Shown: piece by piece, positions 39,588 to 49,029 of the stretch | How positions within the stretch are numbered: position 1 is the first letter of the stretch | Layout of the letters: each line of letters opens with the position of its first letter | DNA from: Candidatus Falkowbacteria bacterium | Lineage (GTDB): Bacteria; Patescibacteriota; Patescibacteriia; UBA11705; JABHMO01 | Length of the DNA stretch: 64,000 bases | NCBI GenBank assembly: GCA_018674305.1 | Contig: JABHAL010000015.1 | Location: 128,532 to 192,531 of the forward strand | Reading direction: 5' to 3' | The notes under the pieces: generated by a model | Databases searched by the model: none | Told to the model about the DNA's origin: nothing | The model's input: only the letters and a program-made list of their open reading frames with translations | Program-made: the position numbers and the translations under genes

Positions 39588-40709
39588 CTAGAAATTGTCA
39601 TTCAACGTACGGTAGACAAAACCCTCACTGGCGGTGATAGTAGCAATGTACACATCTCCACCAACCGTAGGAATTTGATTCTTGATGTACGAATGAAATT
39701 CCGAGGTTGAATCAATCAACCACTTAATAACCTTCAGACACTCCCGCAGGGTCATATCACTCATGTGGTCAATGCTAGCCCCTTCACGAATATTTTGCAT
39801 AAGATCTTCACACATTGCCATCCCGAGCGACATACTGACACCAGCAAAGTCAAATTCATCGGTAGCCTCGTCAAAAGATCCGTCCGGAGCTCTCTTCTTC
39901 GCTTCTTCAAAAAGCGCATCGATATCTTTCAAGCCATCTTCCAACATCTTCTTAAGGTCGGACGCTGGAAGCTTCTCGGTTGGCAAAGTACCACCTTCTG
40001 CACACAAACCCAAAAGATACGTGAGCATTTCCGTGACTTTGTCTTTCAAAAGGTCTGGCAAGCGCGTATCTCTCCCCAGGATCATTCTGTCCACAACGCC
40101 AGTATCGCCAAGCGGATAAAACAACTTGCCGCTACCAAGCTTGACAAAGTCAAAGTTTATCTTCTTCTCATTGTCATGAACCTTTGACTTGTAAATGACT
40201 CTCGCAAAATAGCAAATGTAATCCTTTTGGACTGGGCAATATCCAGCAAAAATAAAGGATCCGAAACGCGAAGAGCCGTTCAATTCTTCCATGGCGACCG
40301 TCATCCTGACTTTCATGGAATTCATGTAATCCTCAAAAGCCAGATCCTCAGATGCTCCTTCTTTTTGCATTTCCTGAGCTACACTGACCACCATGTTATC
40401 AATCAAAGCATCCCCTACGGTCATCACACCGCCAAAAGGCTTCCCATCCTTGTAGAAAGTTGGAAACAACTTTTTAGCACGAAAACTTTTGATGACTGCG
40501 TCGTCTTTTGCCTGAACCATTTTTTTCATAGCTTCTGCTTTCAGAGCAGCAAGGTCGACTTCGTCAGCACCCTCCTTTTGTGCTTCATCAAACAACTCTT
40601 TGATTTCTGACCACAAGTTGACCTCAAAGAATGTGCGTGACGTAGAAACCAAACTGTCAGCTCCAAGTGCCACACCGTGCTCATTACAAATCATAATTCC
40701 TAAACTCAT
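39588..40709 (-). CDS. Hypothetical protein (373 aa)
   Basis: ORF only; acidic. Confidence 0.4.
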   Translation of the reverse strand: MSLGIMICNEHGVALGADSLVSTSRTFFEVNLWSEIKELFDEAQKEGADEVDLAALKAEAMKKMVQAKDDAVIKSFRAKKLFPTFYKDGKPFGGVMTVGDALIDNMVVSVAQEMQKEGASEDLAFEDYMNSMKVRMTVAMEELNGSSRFGSFIFAGYCPVQKDYICYFARVIYKSKVHDNEKKINFDFVKLGSGKLFYPLGDTGVVDRMILGRDTRLPDLLKDKVTEMLTYLLGLCAEGGTLPTEKLPASDLKKMLEDGLKDIDALFEEAKKRAPDGSFDEATDEFDFAGVSMSLGMAMCEDLMQNIREGASIDHMSDMTLRECLKVIKWLIDSTSEFHSYIKNQIPTVGGDVYIATITASEGFVYRTLNDNF

Positions 40710-41068
40710 GACATACCTCCACTTTGTTAAAATACAATTATATTCAACGTAATTGTTGACTGAAAATTATACACTATTGACATGATTTGTCAAGTGTTAG
40801 AACACAATTCAAACAAATTATTTAGATTGATTAACTTGAAACCTACAGTTTACACACCGACAGACTCTACTTTTTGACCCCAAAAAGTAGCAAAAAGGCT
40901 GGGGCTCCACAATTCGCTTCTTACTCTTTTAGTATATCTTTCTTATTACGGCTCAATGTTCTGCCCCAGACCCCGCCCTGCTATTTTTGGTCATTGCGAT
41001 AAAAGGACACGAAATCCCAAATTAATATCAAAACAATGTCTTAGAAAGAAATACTGTCCACACATCGT

Positions 41069-41644
41069 CTAAACAACCAAATATGCAATATCTAATCCTA
41101 TATCAAATCTATTATACTTTTCAAAGTTAAAACCCTCTAAGCCAGGATAATGAAAAAGGTCTTCGATCTTCTCATTTTTCAATGCATCATGATAGTTATA
41201 AATAATAATTGACCCACCTGGCGCTAAAAAGTTTTTCAACTTTTCAACTACGCTTTTTCTGTCCTTTTCATATAATAAATATGGTTCCAAAATAATATAC
41301 TTAAATTTTATTTCCGTAGAAAATAAATCGATTGAACAGCAATAAAAGTTTTCATTGAACTGCGGTAAAATCTCTTCTTTGGCCTGCTCGATCGACTGCT
41401 CCAAAAAATCAACGCCATACGGAACAACATTCAGATTAGAAAAGTATGTTAAATGGCGCAACAATAAACCATTACCACAACCTAGATCCAAAACATTGCC
41501 ATCTTCCTCTAGGTATTGCAAAAAACTATTATAAATATCCATTGGATAATCTTTGAAACCGTTTACATTAATCAATCCAGGCGTTTGTTCCAGCCAATAT
41601 TTTTCATAAAACTGTTTTTGTCTTGTCTCGTAAAAATTACTCAT
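41069..41644 (-). CDS. Class I SAM-dependent methyltransferase, co-transcribed with the rSAM gene (8-nt overlap)
   Basis: VLDLGCGNGLLLRHL motif I. Confidence 0.65.
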   Translation of the reverse strand: MSNFYETRQKQFYEKYWLEQTPGLINVNGFKDYPMDIYNSFLQYLEEDGNVLDLGCGNGLLLRHLTYFSNLNVVPYGVDFLEQSIEQAKEEILPQFNENFYCCSIDLFSTEIKFKYIILEPYLLYEKDRKSVVEKLKNFLAPGGSIIIYNYHDALKNEKIEDLFHYPGLEGFNFEKYNRFDIGLDIAYLVV

Positions 41645-42752
41645 AAATACTAGCTTTTATGTGTTCAATTAGCTGTATTGTTTCCCGACAATAAATTGAC
41701 GGTGCGTCATAAGTATCTTTGCCTGTATGTCGGAAAGCGTGGCCACCAGAACCGCAAATATTCAAATAATCACAACTCACACATTGCTCCGGCAAGTTAA
41801 CTTCCGATTGGTGTAGAGCTTTTACTTTGGAATGATCAAAGAAATCAACCAATTTATTTTTCTGTACATTCAGACCAAGTTCCACAAAACCATCTCCACA
41901 AATTCTCAGATCATCAACTAGCTGGATACTTCCATCGGTGTCAATTGTCAACATATCTAAACCTGAATGTCGAATCGAACACATCGGCTCATTAGAACCA
42001 ATTAATAAATCAATTATACTATCAAAAATTCTAATCGACACTTCAGGATCGTCCATAGCTAAATATTTTTCAAAAATCGGTTTTAACCAATCGAAATATT
42101 CACTTTTATTTTCATTATAACCAAAAGGGTTATGCGGATTTCTAAGTGGTAACAAAAAGTCAACTTTTTTCACACCCAATTGCAGGAAATGATCATACAA
42201 TTCCAAAGGATCACTCTTGCTATCTATCACGCACAGTAATCCACGAAAACAGGCTGGATCAGCCTTGGCTTGCAACTGTTTCAAACCGCGGACAATGTTA
42301 TTATATGAATCTTCACCGGACTTCATTTTTGATTTGTTTTGTACATCAGGACCGCCATCCAGACTTATACCGACTTTTAATTTATGTTTGTTAAATAATT
42401 CAATGAATTCATCATTTATCAAGGTTCCATTGGTTTGCATTGAAACACCCACACCTGGAATCTTGTTCAGGTTAGTCAAAATATAATCTAACTTTTCAAG
42501 TCCCAAAATTAATGGTTCACCACCGTGCAAAACAACTTCTAACTGCTCAACCTTATTTTCCTTTACATACTCCGTCAGACGCTGACACACTTTTTCAATC
42601 ATGGCAGAAGAAATAATTGGTGGTTTTTTATTAAAACTATTGTCCGGCCCGCTAAACATAAAACAGTGCGGGCAAGCCATGTTACAAACTTCAGTAACTT
42701 TGAAAACAACTGTACTAATTATTTTGTCGTAAGCTCTTTCATTTATTTTCAT
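41637..42752 (-). CDS. Radical SAM enzyme with C-terminal SPASM/twitch domain (peptide-modifying maturase-like)
   Basis: CNMACPHC (Cx3Cx2C) near N-terminus; C-terminal Cys cluster RICGDG...CVSCDYLNICGSGGH...YC. Confidence 0.8.
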   Translation of the reverse strand: MKINERAYDKIISTVVFKVTEVCNMACPHCFMFSGPDNSFNKKPPIISSAMIEKVCQRLTEYVKENKVEQLEVVLHGGEPLILGLEKLDYILTNLNKIPGVGVSMQTNGTLINDEFIELFNKHKLKVGISLDGGPDVQNKSKMKSGEDSYNNIVRGLKQLQAKADPACFRGLLCVIDSKSDPLELYDHFLQLGVKKVDFLLPLRNPHNPFGYNENKSEYFDWLKPIFEKYLAMDDPEVSIRIFDSIIDLLIGSNEPMCSIRHSGLDMLTIDTDGSIQLVDDLRICGDGFVELGLNVQKNKLVDFFDHSKVKALHQSEVNLPEQCVSCDYLNICGSGGHAFRHTGKDTYDAPSIYCRETIQLIEHIKASIYE

Positions 42753-42813
42753 AGGTGTTCTTAATAATCAAAATAGTTGAGAGCAGGTAAAAAACCCACT
42801 CTCTCAATTCTGA

Positions 42814-42921
42814 CTATCTAAGCCATTGCGCGTGCATTGACTTTAATTCACCGGAAACGTTTTTTGCTTCTACTCTTTTCAGAGCTTTTGCCAAAAGGCT
42901 CATGTTCTTTAAGCTTTTCAT
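42814..42921 (-). CDS. Candidate RiPP precursor peptide (35 aa, no Cys): MKSLKNMSLLAKALKRVEAKNVSGELKSMHAQWLR
   Basis: Unannotated small ORF 61 nt upstream of and co-directional with the rSAM-SPASM gene; helical leader-like N-half and aromatic/basic C-terminal HAQWLR; hairpin TTGAGAG...CTCTCAA between peptide ORF and rSAM gene. Confidence 0.4.
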   Translation of the reverse strand: MKSLKNMSLLAKALKRVEAKNVSGELKSMHAQWLR

Positions 42922-43039
42922 ACTTTTGATTATTTAATTAATTAATTATATAAATAGCCTTGGTTACTAACAGTTAACTATCTTGCTTAGATTATATTGA
43001 TTTTCAATTATGAAAACTACTGAAATTTTCAAGAAAACA

Positions 43040-43066
43040 AAAAAGCACTAAATTTAGTGCTTTATG
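43040..43066. terminator. Bidirectional terminator (AAGCACTAAA/TTTAGTGCTT perfect palindrome flanked by A/T runs)
   Basis: 10-bp palindromic stem between 43144..43521 and the peptide/rSAM cassette. Confidence 0.5.
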
Positions 43067-43143
43067 TTTAAATATATTTGATATTATTTACTAATTTTAA
43101 TTAAAAATCCCACCATTCATGAACAGCAGGATTCAACATACAC

Positions 43144-43521
43144 TTATCTTGGCCACAACCGAGGCTTATTACGTGGTGTAGCATATCGTTGTTTCTTCCA
43201 GTTATATCTACAAAATGTACAGGTATCAGGAGTTTTAATTACCGACAACTGACTTGAAGTTCCCCGGTAACTTAAACAGGCCAAACAAAAATGATAACAT
43301 CTGTAACTTATTCCCATTCCGTATGTATCGACGTGGCTCAACATACAAACCAGTTCTTCTTTGCCACACACAGGACACTTTATTTCAAATATCCGAACCC
43401 AACAACGACGGGCGCCAACCGAGTTTCTAACCTCTTTTAATATTCCATGTAGCTCCCCAACAGGTACAGCATCTAGAACCGTTCTAATCCTTTTTTTCAA
43501 AAGCCATTGTCTAATGCCCAT
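43144..43521 (-). CDS. Zinc-finger hypothetical protein (125 aa)
   Basis: CPVCG...C...HFCLAC...CTFC clusters. Confidence 0.4.
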   Translation of the reverse strand: MGIRQWLLKKRIRTVLDAVPVGELHGILKEVRNSVGARRCWVRIFEIKCPVCGKEELVCMLSHVDTYGMGISYRCYHFCLACLSYRGTSSQLSVIKTPDTCTFCRYNWKKQRYATPRNKPRLWPR

Positions 43522-43594
43522 GACTTCCTCCGTTGCAATTGAATATCAAATCAATTTAACTTATTTTTAGTAAAATGTCGATGAGGGACCTACT

Positions 43595-44065
43595 TTATAT
43601 TTTGTTATCTCTTATCATTTCAAACAACTCATCCACTGGAAATTGCAAATCCTTTTTCTTTAGCTTACTTACATCAACCCATTCCGGTTTTTCGGATTCA
43701 TCATCCTCAACTTGATAGTCTTCCGCCAATTCAAAACCAAGTGGTTTACATTCAAAAAAGAAGCAATAATTCTGCCAAGCGTTGTCCGTCGGATCGTAAT
43801 AGAACATTGTTTTTTTGCGGGCAAGCAATTCTCCAACTTCAACATCTATTCCGCATTCTTCGTGTGTCTCCCGCTTAACAGCATCTTCCATCTCTTCACC
43901 AATTTCCACTTCCCCGCCCGGCAAAAACCATTTACCGGGACTCTTGGTATTAACTAACAATATTTTTCCTTCATGTTTAATAATCCCGTAGGCAGAGACC
44001 CGGTTGGTAAATTTTTCTTTTGGTAGCATTACGTAGTTACCGTTTATTGAGCGGGCTTTTAGCAT
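43595..44065 (-). CDS. NUDIX hydrolase
   Basis: Nudix box GGEVEIGEEMEDAVKRETHEECG. Confidence 0.8.
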   Translation of the reverse strand: MLKARSINGNYVMLPKEKFTNRVSAYGIIKHEGKILLVNTKSPGKWFLPGGEVEIGEEMEDAVKRETHEECGIDVEVGELLARKKTMFYYDPTDNAWQNYCFFFECKPLGFELAEDYQVEDDESEKPEWVDVSKLKKKDLQFPVDELFEMIRDNKI

Positions 44066-44172
44066 AGGTAAATATCAGTTAAAAGTTGAAAGCTAAAAAG
44101 TTTATAAAGTTGAAAATTATAATTCTTCTATATCTATATTACAACCTTTCAGCTAAAATTACAACCCGAAAT

Positions 44173-44682
44173 TTATTTCTTCAGCGCCATTTCATAAACA
44201 TCATAATCCGCCTGCGCATAGCAAACAAAAACAACCTTTTCAAAACAATCATCCTCTTTTATAAAATCCTGGACTGTATCAACGGCGATTTTGGCGGCCT
44301 TTCGTTTAGGATAACCGAATACACCGGTTGAGATACACGGAAAAGCGATTGATTGACAATTATTTTCTTTGGCCAATTTTAAACTATTCAAATAACAATC
44401 CCGAAGCAGGTTCGGTTCTTCCCCACCATGCTGACCGTATCTTGGACCAACGGCATGAATAACATATTTTGCTGGTAACTCATGACCTGAAGTTATTTTC
44501 GCCTGACCAGTTTTACAACCACCAAGTTTGGCACATTCAAGTTTCAACTCATAGCCAGCGCCCGAATGGATTGCGCCGTCCACTCCGCCACCACCAAGCA
44601 AAAGTTCGTTAGCCGCATTAACAATTGCGTCAACTTTTTGGTTGGTGATGTCGCCTTTTTCAAGAAAGATTTTAGTTTTCAT
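44173..44682 (-). CDS. Macro domain protein (ADP-ribose/O-acetyl-ADP-ribose processing, YmdB-like)
   Basis: VDAIVNAANELLLGGGGVDGAIH...YVIHAVGP...IAFPCISTGVFGYP. Confidence 0.8.
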   Translation of the reverse strand: MKTKIFLEKGDITNQKVDAIVNAANELLLGGGGVDGAIHSGAGYELKLECAKLGGCKTGQAKITSGHELPAKYVIHAVGPRYGQHGGEEPNLLRDCYLNSLKLAKENNCQSIAFPCISTGVFGYPKRKAAKIAVDTVQDFIKEDDCFEKVVFVCYAQADYDVYEMALKK

Positions 44683-44709
44683 ATTAAAACATTGGCTTTC
44701 AACGCTTTC

Positions 44710-45051
44710 TTACAAATTATCCAGTGCTGCTGGCTCACAATTCTCAAACTTACCTAAATCAATTGAGGTCATCTCAAAGTGTCCACCTTCCTGCTCAAAC
44801 CTCATCAAGAACTTATTATCCAAAACAATGTCAAAACCACGACCATTATTGCCACCTCGTGGAAACATGTCTACTTTTCTATTCTCACGACCGCGGGTAA
44901 AAAGAAAAGCTGCCAACCTAAAGTCCATTGATTTCGCACCATAGCGTCGGAATAGATAACGATTAAAGGTGTCTGGGAACATGGCGTACAAGAACTTCTC
45001 TACCATGCTAAGATGAATAACTTTCTGCGTCTCGGGTGTGTGATTTTTCAT
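44710..45051 (-). CDS. Hypothetical protein (113 aa)
   Basis: ORF only. Confidence 0.35.
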   Translation of the reverse strand: MKNHTPETQKVIHLSMVEKFLYAMFPDTFNRYLFRRYGAKSMDFRLAAFLFTRGRENRKVDMFPRGGNNGRGFDIVLDNKFLMRFEQEGGHFEMTSIDLGKFENCEPAALDNL

Positions 45052-45072
45052 ATTTTTTTAATGTTATTTTTT

Positions 45073-45462
45073 TTAATAGTTAGCAGTTAATATTTGAAAT
45101 GGAGTATTGTCCGTTCGCCTGAACTTAATTGATTTAACCATTTTGTGGCGAAGGAAGGTTGGTTTATCAATATCAACATCATGGTAAGAACCTTTCCCAC
45201 GATAAACATAGGCCTTCACTTCTCCTGACCGCAACCACCGAAAAGGTAAGGCTGTGCCGTTTATCAATTTCTTCACATCCTTTTCTAGCTTCGGCGGATA
45301 GGCGTATCCTTTGACTTCAGGATCATAGTCCTTACCGAATTTAGCGTCTTTATTATCAATAGTAATTACAACTTCCACAAAGGAATCTGAGGTGTTGGAA
45401 AAGTTCACGACTTTCGTACCGTCAAGTTCTTTGACCTTTAGTTTAAATGGCTCATTTTTCAT
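45073..45462 (-). CDS. Hypothetical protein (129 aa)
   Basis: ORF only. Confidence 0.35.
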   Translation of the reverse strand: MKNEPFKLKVKELDGTKVVNFSNTSDSFVEVVITIDNKDAKFGKDYDPEVKGYAYPPKLEKDVKKLINGTALPFRWLRSGEVKAYVYRGKGSYHDVDIDKPTFLRHKMVKSIKFRRTDNTPFQILTANY

Positions 45463-45468
45463 ATAATT

Positions 45469-46344
45469 TTAATTAGCCAAAAGTACAATTTTCAAGTTCT
45501 GTTTGATTTTAGCATCATTCACAACTCCAAAGATAATTCTAGCTTTATTAGTTAATTGTTTTTGTATTTTATTACAAATGTCGCCCACTTCCTGCATAAG
45601 CAAATCACTGTTGGAATAGATCACGTACAATGAACGAGAAAAATCGGTCTTGGTAGATTTCAGTTGGGTATTTGTAAAAAGTTGATTAACTATGCTCGTC
45701 AGATCCTCTTTTGTGCCACTGATAGAATTGAAAAACAGTTCTCCGCCGTTCTCTATTGTTGAACGCAGATCTGCAAAATCAACATTGATCACTCCACACT
45801 TATTAATAAGGTCAATAATTGACAGGATTACCCCGCTAAGCATATTATCAACCTTTGTTAAACCTTCTGCGATTGGAACTCCTTTTTGGATTGTTTTGTC
45901 ACTATCCAAAACCAAAACTGAATCTATTTCATCATGCAGATAGGCTTTGTTTTGTTCAGACTGTTCTAATGCTAGTTTGCCTTCGAAGAAAAATGGTGAT
46001 GCGCCCACAAAAACTGTTAAAATTCCTTTTTGTCTGGCCAGTTGGGCGATTGTTGCAGTTTGGGTTACGGTAACCTTGTTAGTAAGGTTAGAAATGAAGA
46101 AAACAATATCCGTGTTATCCAGGATTTTTTCTATCTGGGATTTCTTGCTATCAATAGCTTGGCCAGGATTGTCTATATCAACCTGGGTTAATTCTATTTT
46201 CTTGTTAACCTCAAGACCCTCGAACACTTTTTCACGCTTAGCAATTGCAATTCTTTTGACTGACTTTGGCAGGTCATTGAGGCGATTAAGAACGTTACAG
46301 CCTCTATTACCTACGCCAATGATTTTAACCTTGATTGTTGACAT
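45469..46344 (-). CDS. Divergent FtsZ/tubulin-like protein with degenerate GTP-binding loops (291 aa)
   Basis: Aligns with FtsZ core: IKVIGVG.., KGILTVFVGASPFFFEGK, DSVLVLDSDK, GVINVDFADLRSTI (compare FtsZ GLMNVDFADVRTVM). Tubulin signature GGGTGTG replaced by NLTNKVTVTQT, and GVGGGG by GVGNRG. Confidence 0.6.
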   Translation of the reverse strand: MSTIKVKIIGVGNRGCNVLNRLNDLPKSVKRIAIAKREKVFEGLEVNKKIELTQVDIDNPGQAIDSKKSQIEKILDNTDIVFFISNLTNKVTVTQTATIAQLARQKGILTVFVGASPFFFEGKLALEQSEQNKAYLHDEIDSVLVLDSDKTIQKGVPIAEGLTKVDNMLSGVILSIIDLINKCGVINVDFADLRSTIENGGELFFNSISGTKEDLTSIVNQLFTNTQLKSTKTDFSRSLYVIYSNSDLLMQEVGDICNKIQKQLTNKARIIFGVVNDAKIKQNLKIVLLAN

Positions 46345-46394
46345 AAAATTAGAATTTTATATAGTTATAACCTAAACTTTGTGAAATGAAATTA

Positions 46395-47426
46395 TTATGG
46401 ATATATCAGAGTAAGTTCATTGTTTGTCCATTTATAATATCGAGAAGAAAATCGTTCCCAGACTGCCATATTACGTTTACGATTTTCATTATCTATCCGA
46501 TAAAGATCTAATGTGCTGGACGGATTAACGATAAGTAAATTACTTTCTAGCTGAAAATCTATTCCTAACTCAGATACAAATTCATTTGTTTGATAAATTA
46601 TTCCTGTAATATTATCAATTATTACAAAACGTTGGCAATTTGCCCCACAACCGTAGTCAACAACAGTATAATGCCCGGCGAAATTCGGGCTACCATCATA
46701 AGCATTTGTAAGAATGGTTTTAAATTTTATTCCGACAGGATGGCTATTAAGATCAAGCGGAGAATAAGATGAACTAGCGGCCGTCTCTGATACTGGATAT
46801 TTTTCAAAAGTGGGTAATGAGCTTAAATGTTCTATTTTTTCTACAACTACATTTGGAATACACACTTGATTTCCATTACGGTCCTTTTGATCATAATAAT
46901 CACAATCTGCTCCGTTAAAACTACCTGTAATTCGGTAAATGCCACTCCAATCAACACCGTCACTTTTCGTAACACCATATCTCTTCATCATATAATTTAC
47001 CCAATTTCCAGAAAAATTTTGAGTTATTTGGTTATTAATTTCAAAAAGCTCCTCTTCCTTTGTGTAATCCGGGGCGCCCCAAAACCATTCATAATAATCC
47101 CATATGCTCGCTGGATGGTCTTCGTCAAATATCCAAAACTTTATTCCATCGATTTGAGTCTTGTCAGATATTACGCCGTTCCACTCCACCCGTCCTCCTT
47201 TCGTATTGCTGTTTTGAGCATTAATAGCAAATTCATAGGAAACCTTTTGGTTAGGATCGAGATTGTGTGTCTGAATGTTTGTTTCTAATACCTTTTCGGT
47301 TTTTTCTACTCCCACATCTGCGCTTTTTTTTCTTGTGAATAGTCCTTGATCAAGGCCAATAATAAATATTGCAATTACTAATAAAACTGCGGTTACTATT
47401 AAAATTTGAAGTCGTTCATTTTTCAT
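46395..47426 (-). CDS. Secreted/membrane-anchored hypothetical protein (343 aa)
   Basis: N-terminal TM; Trp/Tyr-rich. Confidence 0.4.
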   Translation of the reverse strand: MKNERLQILIVTAVLLVIAIFIIGLDQGLFTRKKSADVGVEKTEKVLETNIQTHNLDPNQKVSYEFAINAQNSNTKGGRVEWNGVISDKTQIDGIKFWIFDEDHPASIWDYYEWFWGAPDYTKEEELFEINNQITQNFSGNWVNYMMKRYGVTKSDGVDWSGIYRITGSFNGADCDYYDQKDRNGNQVCIPNVVVEKIEHLSSLPTFEKYPVSETAASSSYSPLDLNSHPVGIKFKTILTNAYDGSPNFAGHYTVVDYGCGANCQRFVIIDNITGIIYQTNEFVSELGIDFQLESNLLIVNPSSTLDLYRIDNENRKRNMAVWERFSSRYYKWTNNELTLIYP

Positions 47427-47500
47427 AGAATTTTTGCTAAGTTTTCAGATAATCTCATTGTAACACTCCTGTCAAAAACAAAAAAATGTGCAAAGTGAAC

Positions 47501-47585
47501 ACATTTTTTATTCAAATTTCCTGATTCAGTTGTAATTTTGCGGAGACGTCAGTGGCTCTTTTTTAGGAGTGAGCTGGGGATAAGT
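47501..47585. repeat. Direct repeat copy A (85 bp; 84/85 identical to 48918..49002), flanking the toxin-antitoxin cassette
   Basis: ACATTTTTTATTCAAATTTCCTGATTCAGTTGTAATTTTGCGGAGACGTCAGTGGCTCTTTTTTAGGAGTGAGCTGGGGATAAGT occurs twice; similarity extends ~20 bp further upstream imperfectly. Confidence 0.8.
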
Positions 47586-47604
47586 GTATTATATCCTCAC
47601 AAAT

Positions 47605-47958
47605 TCAAATACCAAAATGTTTTTTTAAGTATAATCTTATTTCATGCATAATATTATTCCCGGCATGACCGATGACGCCGCAGAAACGACTATAATCACA
47701 GGAAGCAATGTTGTAAACCTTAATTAGAGAATTGCTTTTTAAATTATTTTCATTATCAGCATGAATAATTATATCATCATCAACTTTATTCGTTAAATTA
47801 CCTGTCAAAGGTATTACTGTTACTAAATTTGATCTGCTGATCTGCTTATTTGTTTGAATAACCACAGCCGGTCTTTTATCCTGGAATTCATGGCCGATAC
47901 TGGGATCAAACTGCGTCCAAACAATATCACCAAATTCTATTTGTCCTTTTTTGAGCAT
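47605..47958 (-). CDS. MazF/PemK-family type II toxin (endoribonuclease)
   Basis: GDIVWTQFDPSIGHEFQDKRPAVVIQ matches the PemK/MazF N-terminal signature; overlaps upstream antitoxin gene by 22 nt. Confidence 0.75.
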   Translation of the reverse strand: MLKKGQIEFGDIVWTQFDPSIGHEFQDKRPAVVIQTNKQISRSNLVTVIPLTGNLTNKVDDDIIIHADNENNLKSNSLIKVYNIASCDYSRFCGVIGHAGNNIMHEIRLYLKKHFGI

Positions 47959-48800
47959 AAATTTTCATAATAATTATATTCTTCTTTTGATATAGGGCCA
48001 AGATGCTTCAGGGAATCTACGCCAGAAGCATTTTGCCATGCTTGCCAATGATCAACCTGTGCGTATGGCGTTTCTCGGTCAACAGTTAATTCATAAGGAA
48101 TGACTTCATTTTTTCCCATAACCTTCCAGGGAATATCTTCATGAACATATTGCTCAATCTGGGCCGCTGACATATCTGACAATTTAGCAATAACATCATC
48201 AATTACATTTTTTTCTTTGATTGAAAAATTATCCAGATTAAAATCACCCAACGCGACATATCTTTTTTGCTTCATATCATGATATTCTTGAATGAAAATT
48301 TTAATCCGGTTTTCAGTTTCCATTTTCTTAATCACGGTTCGGAATTGAATTGACTGAGGTACCGGACCAAACTGCAATTTAACATAACTCAGGCCAATAA
48401 TCGGTTTGCCCCATTTTTCATAACTATTAAAATCAATAAAGTACAACAATTTATACAAAACAGTTTCTCCGACATTTGGCTTACCGCCACATTTATTTAA
48501 AACATAAAGTAAAACCTGCTGTAATTTCTCAGGATTGAATTCTATATCTTTATTTACTTCTACATCAGAAGGACTAGTTTCATTCTTGTTTATTTCCGAA
48601 ACAAGTAGCTCGTCAATTTTCACGCCAAAAAAAGTGGCGATTTTAGATAATTCAAATACTTCTACTCCCCTGTTTCCGGTTTCAATTGCCGACATGGCTG
48701 GACGAGAGATTCCAACATATTTAGCCAGTTTTGCCTGACTAACCTGTCTTTCTTCGCGCAGACTTTTAATTGTTTGACCCAATTGTTGTTTATTTATCAT
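47937..48800 (-). CDS. Antitoxin-like protein: N-terminal XRE-family HTH + C-terminal DUF4065 (Panacea/SocA-like) domain
   Basis: QAKLAKYVGISRPAMSAIETG HTH; LYKLLYFIDFNSYEKWGKPIIGLSYVKLQFGPVP DUF4065-like; own promoter TTGACA-N17-TATAAT at ~48812-48840 (minus strand). Confidence 0.65.
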   Translation of the reverse strand: MINKQQLGQTIKSLREERQVSQAKLAKYVGISRPAMSAIETGNRGVEVFELSKIATFFGVKIDELLVSEINKNETSPSDVEVNKDIEFNPEKLQQVLLYVLNKCGGKPNVGETVLYKLLYFIDFNSYEKWGKPIIGLSYVKLQFGPVPQSIQFRTVIKKMETENRIKIFIQEYHDMKQKRYVALGDFNLDNFSIKEKNVIDDVIAKLSDMSAAQIEQYVHEDIPWKVMGKNEVIPYELTVDRETPYAQVDHWQAWQNASGVDSLKHLGPISKEEYNYYENLCSKKDK

Positions 48801-48917
48801 ATATCTGAATTATAACACTGCTCAATATACTGTCAAGTGTATATCTTCAATGACAAGATACCTGACAACGGTTAGATGTTTATATTAATTTAAAAACAAA
48901 AAATGCGTCAAAATGGC

Positions 48918-49002
48918 ACATTTTTTATTCAAATTTCCTGATTCAGTTGTAATTTTGCGGAGACGTCAGTGGCCCTTTTTTAGGAGTGAGCTGGGGATAA
49001 GT
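48918..49002. repeat. Direct repeat copy B (85 bp), upstream flank of the TA cassette
   Basis: See copy A. Confidence 0.8.
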
Positions 49003-49029
49003 CGGCATTTAAAGACAAAACTGATAATT

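Noticed and set aside
40861-41060. Palindrome CTACTTTTTG-acccc-AAAAAGTAG and CTGGGGC...GCCCCAG long-range pair as possible ncRNA
   Set aside because: No promoter/terminator framing; may simply be bidirectional terminator/UTR structure; insufficient evidence
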